Assembly (NCBI GenBank): GCA_002269645.1
Contig: NIVC01002259.1
Span: forward strand, 62,001-126,000
Source: Macrostomum lignano
Lineage: Eukaryota
DNA: 64,000 bases
Direction: 5' to 3'
The position numbers were made by a program, and so were the translations under genes. Positions 52,001 to 62,065 of this stretch are shown piece after piece. The notes below the pieces were generated by a model. The model made no database searches and was not told where the DNA came from. It saw only the letters and a list, made by a program, of their open reading frames with translations. Position 1 is the first letter of the stretch. Each line of letters starts with the position of its first letter.

Positions 52001-55000
52001 GCCTAGGGCCTTTTCATATTACCAATTCCAGAACCAGAATCGGTTCGGAATTCCAAGAAAAACAGCAGTATAACTATTAAACTCTGTTAATATTTGACTG
52101 CCTTAACAGCCTCACTTTGCACGATTTTTCACTTTCTTTTTGGCGATTGTCATTCAATAATAAAAACTTTATAGCACGTATCTCCCTCTAGTTATGGAGA
52201 CAAAAAGTTATACCTCACAAATTGGTTCTGGTTCTGGAACCAGAACAAGCAATATGAAAAGGCCCCTAGTGGACTACTCTTCCACTTCAGACAAAACCTG
52301 TTGTTGTCTAAAAAACACCCCCAGGCCCTGTCAGCTACTACAAGCCTACATAGAAACTGCGAATTGGCCGGTGCAATGATGACCTTAATGCGAGAAAGCC
52401 TAGTGCAAGCTAGCCACTACTTTACTGGCTAGATTTATCCGTATTTAACTCTCAAACAATAGGAAAGGCAAGGGTGCGTGAGTCAAAATATATCCAACTA
52501 CGCTACTTGCTACGACTACGAGGGTAGTAGTATTTAAAACATTTTTATCAAGCGCAGCTTGTTAAAATCTGCTTCAAACACTCCCTGATTTTAAAAGTTG
52601 CTTAGCTCATACACTGTACAGGACAAAACACTGTAATCATTTAAAACATAGCAGTAGTATATGTGGCATTTTATCTCAACAGACAAAACACCATAAATAA
52701 CTAGGCTTGAAAATGGCCGGCAAAAAAGTCACTTGCTGCGGCAGTAAGCGGGGTAGAATTATAAAAATTTCAGCGTGCACTTTTATTAAAAGCTTCTCCA
52801 TCTGTTCGGCCGTGAAGCCGATGAAAGAAACGGAAACTAAGCAGAAAGAAAGGAGGCGACCGGACGCATGAGCGAGCGGGTCGAGTTGGACAAACATGCC
52901 CTATCCTAGCCGAAGGAAAGGGAAATCTATCCCCTCCCTCAGCCCCATCGCTGCATATTTATCAATGCTAGAGATCGAGAGTGGCTCAAGTGGGGGGCAG
53001 TCGGCAGCAAATCTAGCAGCAAAAGGCATGGTCGAATGTCCCGAAAAAGCAAGAGGAGAGAAAACAGGAGCTGTGCAGACCGCGAAGAATACTTGGGAGA
53101 ATTTAGCGACAGCGAACGATCTATAGCAGGTCAGACAGACCCGGACAGCGCTGTTTGAGGCTGGCAAGAAGTGCATTTCACGCTTTGCTTGTACCAATGA
53201 CTATATGCGCACGCATGCATAGTGTAATAGTAGTACTGCACCCGATACCACAGTTCCCCATGCCCCTGCAGTCGGCCAAATAACTTCAGTCGATAATACG
53301 ATACGAAACAACTTTACTTTCCAAGATATCTGTCGCTAGTGCAAAAGTCTGCAGCATCATATTACAGGATTATGTTAATTATGACTTCGCAGATATAGGC
53401 TATGATAAACTAATAAGAAGACAGCATTGAATGAGTACACACAGGAAGTGCATCCATTATTTGCTTTGCAATTGCCCAAAAATGTACACAGAAGCATGCT
53501 CTTACAGTAAAGCACAAAGACATGCTTACAGAATCTTCTTCCTCCGCATCAGCGGCCGCTGAAGCTGGCTGGTTTTTCTTCTCCAGCAGGTCCTTCCGTG
53601 TTTTGTAGCCTTTGAACCCTGCCTGGATTTTCGCCGCCGCGGCCTCCACCTCGGGATCGTTCAGGTCGATGTCCTGCAGTGGCAAGAGTTGATGAATTTG
53701 GGATGTCAGGGTCTGGCAGGTCTTCAGCTCATCTAGAAATCTTAAGATCATTTTAGAGACCCTGATACTTTTGAAGAGACCCAGACACCCTTGAAGAGAC
53801 CCATACTCTTGTAGAGATCCTGACACCCTTGAAGAGACCCAGACACCCTTGAAGAGACCCATACTCTTGTAGAGATCCTGACACCCTTGAAGAGACCCAG
53901 ACACCCTCGAAGAGTCTCAGACACCCTTGAAGAGACCCAGACACTCTTGTAGAGACCCTGACACCCTTGAAGAGACCGACCCAGACACCCTCGAAGAGTC
54001 TCAGACACCTTTGAAGAGACCCAGACACTCTTGTAGAGACTCAGACACCCTCGAAGAGACCCAGACACCCTCGAAGAGTCTCAGACACCTTTGAAGAGAC
54101 CCAGACACTTTTGTAGAGACTCAGACACCCTCGAAGAGACCCAGACACCCTCGAAGAGTCTCAGACACCTTTGAAGAGACCCAGACACCCTTGAAGAGAA
54201 CCAGACACCCTTTGAAGAGAATCAGACATCCTTAAAGAGACCCAAACACCCTTGAAGAAACTCAGACACCCTTGAAGAGACCCTGAAACCCTTGAAAAGA
54301 CCCAACCCAAACACCCTTACAGAGACCTTGGCACCCGTATACTGTAGAGACCCTGACACCCGTAAAGAGACCCTGAGACCCTTATACTGCAGAGACTCTG
54401 ACATCCTTATAGAGACCCAGACAACCTCAGAGAGACCCTGACACCCTTGAAGAGACCATGACACTCTTGAAGAAACCCTGACACTCTTAAAGAAACCCTG
54501 ACACCCTTGAAGAGACCCTGGCACTCTTGAAGAAACCCTGACACTCTTAAAGAGACCCTGACACCCTTGAAGAGACCCTGGCACTCTTGAAAAGACCCTG
54601 ACACCCTTGGAGAGACTCTGACACCCTTGAAGAGACCCTGGCACTCTTGAAAAGACCCTGGCACCCTTGGAGAGACCTCTAAACCCTCATGGAGAGCCTG
54701 ACACCGTTATCAAGTCTTACACTTACCACTTCCTCAGCCGATCCCTGTTCGGGAGCCGATTGTCTGTAAAATGGAAAGCCAATTCAAACTTTAAATGATG
54801 ATTTGACATCCGATTTTTCCTAGCTGTGCTCTGCACTACGACCTACGCATGTACTACTGCTGCTGCTCGGGAATCACTAGCCAATAGTGATGCATTTAGA
54901 AACTCGAACTAAAAGAGGCGGCCAGATTGATGGCGGATACGGTAAGATTGAGTTGCAGAAATTGGACAGGGCGCCGTCTCTTTCTCGCGGAGGCTGAGTT

Positions 55001-56109
55001 GTCTGGATCGATCGAAGGAATTAGCGAGGGGCGGCAGAGGGAGAACGAACGAGCAGTTCTGATTAATAATGCTATAAGCTTAACTCTGACTTAATCTGGT
55101 TTGCACTTTTTCGTCATAAAGTCTGCGCGACCTTTCTATATGAGATGCTGGCTGATTTACAAAGAATTATTCAGTTGGGAGAATTGCCCGCCCAGGCGTT
55201 ATGAACCTGTGTCTGACTCCGAGACAGACAAGCCAGCAGTTAACCAAACAGACGTGAAAATAACTAAGACACATAGTGTAAAGAGACTGAGACCCCAAGA
55301 CAGACACTGAAACAGGCAGACAAGCAAACGCCAAGACAGACAGTAGTGAAAGGTGGACACTAAGACAGCAGACACTAAGACATCAGGATAGGGGGACACT
55401 AGGACAGACAGACACCAGGACACAGACACCAGGGCAAGTTAGACACTAGGACAGGCAGAAACCAGGACAGGCAGACACCAGGACAGGCAGACACCAGGAC
55501 AGACAGATATTAGGACAGGCAGACACCAGGACAGGCAGACACCAGGACAGGCAGACACCAGGACAGGCAGATATCAGGGCAGACAGACACCAGGACAGAC
55601 AGACACCAGGACAGACAGACACCAGGACAGGCAGACACCAGGACAGGCAGACACTAGGACAGGCAGACACCAGGACAGGCAGACACCAGGACAGACAGAC
55701 TGTGCACCCACTTGATGGCTTCGCGCTCCTGGTGGCCGCGCACAGCAGACTGGATCTCGCTGGCCGCCTTGTCCTCGCGCAATTTGGCGGCCTCCTTTTG
55801 CGCCGCGTGCCGCCTAAAATTGGTCTGGATGACCTTGGAGGCGTCCTGCTGCTGCGGGTCGGATGGGTCGATGGTGGGCTGCTGGAAGGAGGTGTTGTTG
55901 TAGAACCTGTCCTCGACTTTGGCAGCCAGTTGGGCCGGATCGTCGTCGCCAGTTTCCTCGCGTCGGCGGATCAACTCCTCGAAGTACATGGCGCCGAAGG
56001 TGTAGATGTCGGCTGGCTGGGAGCGAAGCACCTCGCGGGCGAGGCCCTCCAGGAGTGATTGAAATCCGCGAGGAACACGGAGCTTCGTGCTGCTGAACGG
56101 TACTGACAT
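40050..56109 (-). CDS. SPA17: Sperm surface protein 17-like giant isoform: RIIa D/D domain plus 13 IQ motifs plus Glu/Ala/Pro tail (about 920 aa)
   Basis: Exons 56109-55712, 54763-54727, 53673-53530, 48179-48072, 47793-46561, 44765-44682, 44084-43917, 40740-40602, 40503-40050, all GT-AG with compatible phases. N-terminus MSVPFSSTKLRVPRGFQSLLEGLAREVLRSQP..AKVEDRFYNN matches the Sp17 signature; apparent 1-nt deletion near 40199 in the last exon. Confidence 0.88.
42011..43228 (-). CDS. Candidate alternative terminal exon of the SPA17-like locus; 405-aa acidic repeat (ESSPVEEAADEAAV)
   Basis: Acceptor TTTCTCTTCCCCTAG at 43229, phase 0, open for 1218 nt to TGA; 42-bp and 51-bp coding repeats with synonymous-type variation. 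Confidence 0.6.
   Translation of the reverse strand, partial: QPFPSGAVPSIKQTTSIAESAPFDSKINDKVAAFEALLTFDTEYEYEVVDVQTAVVAESAPIEETVDLQTAVVAESAPIEETVDLQTAVVAESAPVEETVDLQTAVVAESSPAEEAADKANVESSPIDKAADEAAVESSPVKDDADEATVESSLVDEAADEAVVESSPVEEAADKAIVESSPVEEAADEAAVESSPVKDDADEATVESSPVEYDADEAIVESSPIDEAADEAVIESSPVDEAADEAIVEASLVEEAADKAAVESSPVEYDADEAIVESSPIDEAADEAVVESSPVEEAADKAIVESSPVEEAADEAVVKSSPVDEAADEATVESSLVEEAADEAAVESSTVDEAANEAAVESSPVEEAADEAAVESSRVDETFSAPVESSAADGSSRDFEVATDY
44252..44612. repeat. 47-bp intronic minisatellite, about 7.5 copies
   Basis: ACTAGCTAATGTACATTCTTGATGCTTTAGAAAGGTAAGGACTATCG, period 47. Confidence 0.94.
44957..45037 (-). CDS. Candidate alternative first coding exon MSSFLLCCFGDRERSSKGPLSRKSASK (27 aa; not in the ORF track)
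   Basis: AAGC-ATG context, phase-0 donor AAG|GTAACC matching the phase-0 exon at 44765; di-Cys motif. Confidence 0.6.
46561..47793 (-). CDS. 1233-nt phase 0-0 exon with seven acidic-IQ repeats
   Basis: EEEVDIDLEDPEVQAAAVKIQ(R/K/Q)GWSSHKSR x7; acceptor CTTTCAG, donor AAG|GTATCC. Confidence 0.9.
49494..50150 (-). CDS. Candidate alternative first coding exon MLGCFGRRKKKNKD.. (219 aa)
   Basis: In-frame TAA 12 nt upstream of the ATG, A at -3; phase-0 donor CGG|GTGAGG compatible with the IQ exon at 48179. Confidence 0.65.
52004..52268 (+). mobile_element. About 265-bp MITE-like dispersed repeat, copy 2
   Basis: TIRs TAGGGCCTTTTCATATT / AATATGAAAAGGCCCCTA; colinear with 26297-26560. Confidence 0.78.
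53755..54700. repeat. About 20-bp degenerate minisatellite (AGACACCCTTGAAGAGACCC) filling SPA17-like intron 2
   Basis: Tandem periodicity. Confidence 0.92.
55330..55700. repeat. 16-bp minisatellite (GGACAGGCAGACACCA)n in SPA17-like intron 1
   Basis: Tandem periodicity starting next to the donor. Confidence 0.92.
55712..56109 (-). CDS. SPA17: SPA17-like exon 1: RIIa dimerisation/docking domain plus two IQ motifs
   Basis: LLEGLAREVLRSQPADIYTFGAMYFEEL, KVEDRFYNN, IQTNFRRH, IQSAVRGH; donor AA|GTGGGT. Confidence 0.9.
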
Positions 56110-57617
56110 GGCTGGTGGATAGTTGCTGTAACATGCAATGATGATTAAAATTTACCGTTTAAGATTTCTTTAGCCTCTGATGGTCTCTGACAGATATTTA
56201 AACAGTAATTGTAAAGTTGCATTATGGGCTGGACCAGAAGCAATTTTGAATGTGCTTGGACACAGACTAATATTGGAAATCTGGTAAAAAATAGTTAAGA
56301 ATTCAATTCACTACACATAGTTAATAAATACAAATCATAAGTGCTACTGATTATAAAAAAATACTGACTGTTCTATTGACTAAAAAACTATTAAAAGTAG
56401 CTTTGTATATTTCTTTACTATTTTTAAAAACCCTATTGCTTATAAAAAGTCCTCTTTAAATGCTTAGCTATATAATAAAAAAGGTATTTAGAAGCCATTA
56501 ATTTGGTTTTGTTAGATTTACAGATAAGTAAATATCTTAAGGATTGCTAGCAGAACAGCTGACTTGTAGCAGGCAAGCAATAAAAAATGAAAGAGGAAAA
56601 TACATCATAAAAACTCATTTCATGTTAGCCTTGATGGCTGATGCTAAGATTAAGTAAAACATTAATAATTAAAAGTGAACAATACAATGTACTTTTCCTA
56701 AGCCACTAATTAAAGCAAATAGTTTTTATAAATCAGATATAAGATGTAATTCAGGGTATCCATAAGCCCAGGGGAGCCAAATTAACTTATTATTGCTAAA
56801 TTTAAAATCCATTAGTATGCTACAAATACTTGCTACTGATTATTTAATGACAAAAAGTCAATAAATTTATCACCATAGTTAATGTATAATTTTTTCTGTT
56901 GCTGTGATCAATGGATTACATATTTTATCGCTTCTATTTTAATACATGGGACAAAACTTCACCTAAAACTTTTAATTCAGTAATTAAGATTATAAGAAAA
57001 CTGAGTAACAGTTTTTCAAAAAAAGTTATATAAAGATCAAAACCCGAAAAATGAGCATACAGTAGAAATAGATACGCTTGTAAGTAACCTAGACATGTAA
57101 AAAACTGTTTTAATAATATTTCTTGCAAGTTTTTTGATAAAAAATACACAATAAGAAAACCAATCTGAAAGACATGATCGAGACATTCTCGAAATGCAAC
57201 TCTACTAATCATAAAATCCTGTAACTTAACAAGGATAAAAATTTTCTCGGAAAGGTCAGTTACCGTGGTGATTACCTTGGCAGTCAAGAAGACACAAATT
57301 TCTATTCTTAATAAAGACTTTTCGCAATGAAACTAACCTTAAACAAGTTGTACTTGAACGAAACAATCAAGTAGCTAATGTTTTTTGCAGCAAGGGATCA
57401 ATTTTTGTTTATTCGTTTTATTTTCCCAAACCGTAAGTAAAATACTTACTTGACTATTAATAAAAATAAAACTCAGCATTTCTTTAGTGCTTTATGGCTC
57501 GTTGATTTCTTTGCAGATTGTCAAAGTTAATGAGACGTAGCAGACTCTCGGGATCCATAATTCAATTACATGTGGTGGTCACATGAATGTGCAAGGACTA
57601 CTCAAGTAACATATACA

Positions 57618-58937
57618 TCTTTATCCTTGATGTATCCTTGATGAGTGGTCCTTGATGAATGTGCTGAATACATATGTAACGTAGTATGCATGATCTTGAC
57701 TTTACTTGACTTAGCTGCAGGGGGCATCCGGCGGATGCAGCTAGGAGGTGGAGGAGACCGCCCATTTCGCTAGCCCCCCTGGCGACAATCACTTCCATCG
57801 AAGCGATGTTCCAGCTGAGAACGGGGATAAGGACCCCACACCATGGAGGCCCCCTTTCTGGACAGGCGTCTTAAGAGAGTTGCCGTTCAGGTGGGCCACG
57901 ACATTGCGGTTCCGGCCGGATCATGAACATGATCCACCGGACAAGGTGAGGGTGCGTGGCCCTGGATTCCAGGGCTCTGCAAAAGGCCTTGAAGATGTCA
58001 TTGTCCAAGGCCCCTCAATGTCCTGGACAAGCGAGAGGGCAAAGCCTCTGCCAAGAACGACCCTCTCCAGGAAGTCAACGATGACATATGAGGGCACTCT
58101 CTGTAGACCTGCCCGCGCGGAAGGCGGGCTGGTTCTGCGAGAGTGGGAAGCGCTTCAGCGCGACCGAAAGTAGGCGAAAGCAGGCAGAAAGAGGTGAGGC
58201 TGATAGGCCTAAAGGCTTTCACCGATTGGTAGTCGTTCTTTCCAGGCTTGGGGATAAAGACCACCTGGGCCTCTCTCCACGCAACTGGTACATAGCCCAG
58301 CTCCACACAAGCTCGGAGGAGACGACAGAGGAGGTCTAGAAAGCGGTTTACCGCCTCGTGTGCAAGAACGCTGGATAGATGCCCCGGCGCCTTGAACGGG
58401 TTAAAGGACCTTGCCGCTCTAATAATACGGTCTTTGGTGTAGACTTCGCTAGGCCTTGCCCTCCCACGGTGTGGTCAGACAGGCCCTGCTGAGTCGGAGA
58501 GTCTGAGTCTCTTCAGAGCTGTCTGTGACCGAGCCATCAGGTCTCTTCACAACAGAGAGTTTAGAAAAACAGTCGTTCGGGAGTGCCTTTACCACGCGGG
58601 CTACGAAGCGAGAGCCCTCAAGCCCTTCGCAATATTGGCGCCATTTGGCCGTCTTGGCACTTCTGACTTGGCTTTTAAACTCGTGGATCGCACGGGTAAT
58701 AGGCTCTCTATCAGATGGGTCTTTGGTTTTGAGCGCTCGTCTTTGGAGGGTCCTGGCTCGGCGCCGAAGGGCCCCGAGCTCTGGGTTCCACCAGGGAGCA
58801 GATTTCTTGCCTTTGTAGGCCTGAAGAGGACAGGCTGCCTCATAGGCAGTGGTGATCACCCCGCCCAGGGAGGAGGCGAGATCATCCACGACCCGGCAGT
58901 CAGAGAGGTCACCGTGGAGGTCAAGATCAAGGACTAG
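57618..58937 (-). mobile_element. Truncated, internally deleted non-LTR (LOA/R1-like) reverse transcriptase fragment
   Basis: Pieces APWWNPELGALRRRAR, FNPFKAPG, VPVAWREAQVVFIPKPGKNDYQSVKAFRPISLTSF in shifting frames; flanked by CTACTCAAGTAACATATACA direct repeat. Confidence 0.85.
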
Positions 58938-59136
58938 CTACTCAAGTAACATATACAGGACGCTACACTCGAAATCTAAAGTAAATATTTTGAAGGCAAC
59001 TTTTCGCCGAAAAATACACTACAGAGATAGGGGGGTTTAACTTTTTCAGCACAAAAATTGTTAGTGCTTTTGATAGGAGGCAGATCCGGTGTTCATCTTT
59101 TAATATGTTGTGTCTTTCTTATTGCTCTATCGATAT

Positions 59137-60267
59137 TCAAGCCGCGCCGTCTGGTGCTGCGCGCTGGGTGTCGGTCGTAGCCACCCTCAGCAGCGCGCTC
59201 AGCTTTGCCCGCGCGGCCGTGCTTTTGGACGGGGCGGTTTGCTTTGCCTGGGCAAAAGCTCCCGCCTCGGCCCCGGCCGCCTCCGTGTCCCGCCCGCCCT
59301 GCTCACAGCCACGGGGAGGGTCGGCCTCGTAGGTGCGGATGCGCAGCTTCCAAAGGCCGAGGTTGATGAAGCTGCCGTGCGGATAGCGCCTCATCCAGGC
59401 GTCCGACAGCCCCAGGATGGCTGTGAAGCCAGTGCCGTCGGTGCGCTTAAGGGTGTCATGCACCACTAGGCCCGCGGCGGGAAGCTCTCGGTGGACTGCT
59501 AGCAGTCCTTTCCGGAGCTCATCAGCAGATGTAACGACGCTTCTGGCCGGAACCCAGATTCGATGCCTCTTGGTCCGGGGGCGCTCGTCCTCCCTGCAGA
59601 AGGCTGGGTTGAGGTCCCAGCACTGCTCGGGCAGCAGCTCAAGGAGCCGCCGTCCCGAGTCAGCATCACTGGGCCAAATAAGAAGGCACGAGTCCCTCGT
59701 CGCATTCGAGTGAATGTTCAGAGGCGTGCCCTTCAGAGTAAGCTTCCACAGGAGGCCATCAACGGCACCTCTCACCTGCTTCAGCTGGTTCGGGGACAGG
59801 CGCGCGTCCTTCCCCAGAATGACAACCGCCGGTTGCCTCTTTGCCGCATCAGCGTAGGAGGCCCGGGGGTCGGTCGAGCCTTTTTCAGGAGACCTGTCCA
59901 TCCTTCCGGCTGCATCAGCCTTCCTATCCTGGGCAGGGACTTCAGTGCCCTCTTCCGCCACCGCCCCAGATTGGGAAGCTTCCGCTGCCGCGGGCCGTTG
60001 GCCCATGGCGCCGGTTAGGCTTCCGTCCTCCTTGGCCCGCCTCGCCTTGTTAAGTCGACGGCGGGCAGCTCCAGAGGTGGTGCTCAGCTGCTTGGCAGCT
60101 GGAGTAGCAGGTGTCTTCTCGGAGGCACCGCTCAGAGTTGGCTCCACGGGTCTCGCCGAGGCGTCCCTGATGGTAGCAGATGGTATGGCCGCGGAGTCCA
60201 CGGCCCCGGCCGAGGCCGGAGGCACTGTGTCATCCACAGCCGGTTGGTTACTTCGGCTAGAAGCCAT
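59137..60267 (-). CDS. Non-LTR retrotransposon ORF1 (gag-like, LOA/R1-type), 376 aa
   Basis: Low-complexity N-terminus, SGAARRRLNKARR and SYADAAK motifs typical of LOA/R1 ORF1; same strand and upstream of the RT fragments; GC-rich 5' region to about 60575. Confidence 0.65.
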   Translation of the reverse strand: MASSRSNQPAVDDTVPPASAGAVDSAAIPSATIRDASARPVEPTLSGASEKTPATPAAKQLSTTSGAARRRLNKARRAKEDGSLTGAMGQRPAAAEASQSGAVAEEGTEVPAQDRKADAAGRMDRSPEKGSTDPRASYADAAKRQPAVVILGKDARLSPNQLKQVRGAVDGLLWKLTLKGTPLNIHSNATRDSCLLIWPSDADSGRRLLELLPEQCWDLNPAFCREDERPRTKRHRIWVPARSVVTSADELRKGLLAVHRELPAAGLVVHDTLKRTDGTGFTAILGLSDAWMRRYPHGSFINLGLWKLRIRTYEADPPRGCEQGGRDTEAAGAEAGAFAQAKQTAPSKSTAARAKLSALLRVATTDTQRAAPDGAA

Positions 60268-61379
60268 TGGCTGGAAGTAAAAAGGTGGGACTTCCTGCAG
60301 AGCACAGGCAAAGAGCCGCAAGGCCGCAACTCCAAACCAAGCGGCGGGTCCACAAAAAGCAAAAAACGAGCACCACCCTGTGGGGGACCCAAAAGCCCAG
60401 GGGAACCGTTAGCGACCAGACTACTCCCTGGCCAAGCGTCCACCAGCACGGAGTTACACTGGGACCTTAGAGGGTGCGTCTAAGGACCAGGACCAGGCGC
60501 CAACGAATCAGCTCGGCAAGGCCCAAGGAGGCCTACCTGAACACCCACGGGATGAGTACCCTTCGAAGTGCACCTTCGAAGTGCAGTTAGTTTATAAGTT
60601 AATTCTTATAGAGTTCCGGTAAAGATTTAACATTATGCTTATTGTAAGGTTCCTTTGCTACATGTACATGTACAAATAAATGGTATTTATACTGTACAAA
60701 TTGTAAATGCAACAATTTGTTTGTAAATATACACAATTGGGGACAGCTACCGGTGAACATACTGAATAAAACACATATTCTATAGCTTCATAAAAGTATG
60801 CATTGTCTCCATGCAGTACAAGTAGCAGTGTCAACCATTTGTGTAAAATTCGTGCACAAGTTGCTTTTAATTAATTCTCAATTTACTGGAGAACTAATCC
60901 TACCGCCTACTCGTATACTCGCACGCATTATCTGACGTCCGGTCGACGCTAATTACTCGGCCGTCAGCCGGGTTAGTAACATCCAATTTCGCCCAGTACA
61001 CTCGCTGGGGCGGATCAATTGCAAGCAGCTTGAATACCGGTTATACTGGAGTAGAAGATTTAGCAGGCAGTGATGAGGCGCACTGCCGCACTACACTCGA
61101 GCAGCTGCGAGAGGATGCGTGGGCATAAAAGGTACAGCTGATACGAGATTGCCTAAATAAGCGCCCGAAGCAAATACACCAGCATAATTAGTCAGAGCGA
61201 TAAAGCACGAATGATAAAAACTGTCTGATACTCGTAATGTGCTAAGCAATATAAAGACAAGCAAAAGACTCCTGATCTTAATCTGAACTTACCCTTAATG
61301 TGAATGCGAATTTTCATAAATTATTAATTGATTATTTGATAAAATATTAGTTAGATGCTCATGACTTGACAGGTGGAGA

Positions 61380-62065
61380 GCAGGGTGAATCTTCCCAGCT
61401 ACCATTTCCGGAGTGAATCAATTCCCAGCTACAATTTCCGGAGTGAATCAATTCCCAGCTACATTTCCGGATTTCCAATTGCTACCATTTCCGGAGTGAA
61501 CAATTCCCAGCCGGAACATTTCCGGATTTCGAGTCAATTCCCAGCTACCATTTCCGGAGTGAATCAATTCCCAGCTACAATTTCCGGAGTGAATCAATTC
61601 CCAAATTTCAATTCTAACATTTCCGTGAATAATTCCCAGCTAATCCGGAATTTCATCAATCAATTCCCAACTACCATTTCAGGAGTGAATCAATTCCCAG
61701 CTACCATTTCCGGAGTGAATCAATTCCCAGCTAACATTTCCGGAGTGAATCAATTCCCAGCTAACATTTCCGGAGTGAATCAATTCCCAGCTACCATTTC
61801 CGGAGTGAATAAATTCCCAGCTACCATTTCAGGAGTGAATCAATTCCCAGCTACCATTTCCGGAGTGAATCAATTCCCAGCTACCATTTCCGGAGTGAAT
61901 CAATTCCCAGCTACCATTTCCGGAGTGAATCAATTCCCAGCTACCATTTCCGGAGTGAATCAATTCCCAGCTACATTTCCGGTCTGTGAATAATCCCAGC
62001 CAATTCGGAGTGGAGTGAATCTTCCCGGAGTGATTTCCAGAGTAATCTAGCATTTCGGAGTGAAT
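61380..62065. repeat. 30-bp minisatellite (CCGGAGTGAATCAATTCCCAGCTACCATTT)n
   Basis: Tandem periodicity, degenerate flanks, homogeneous core. Confidence 0.94.
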
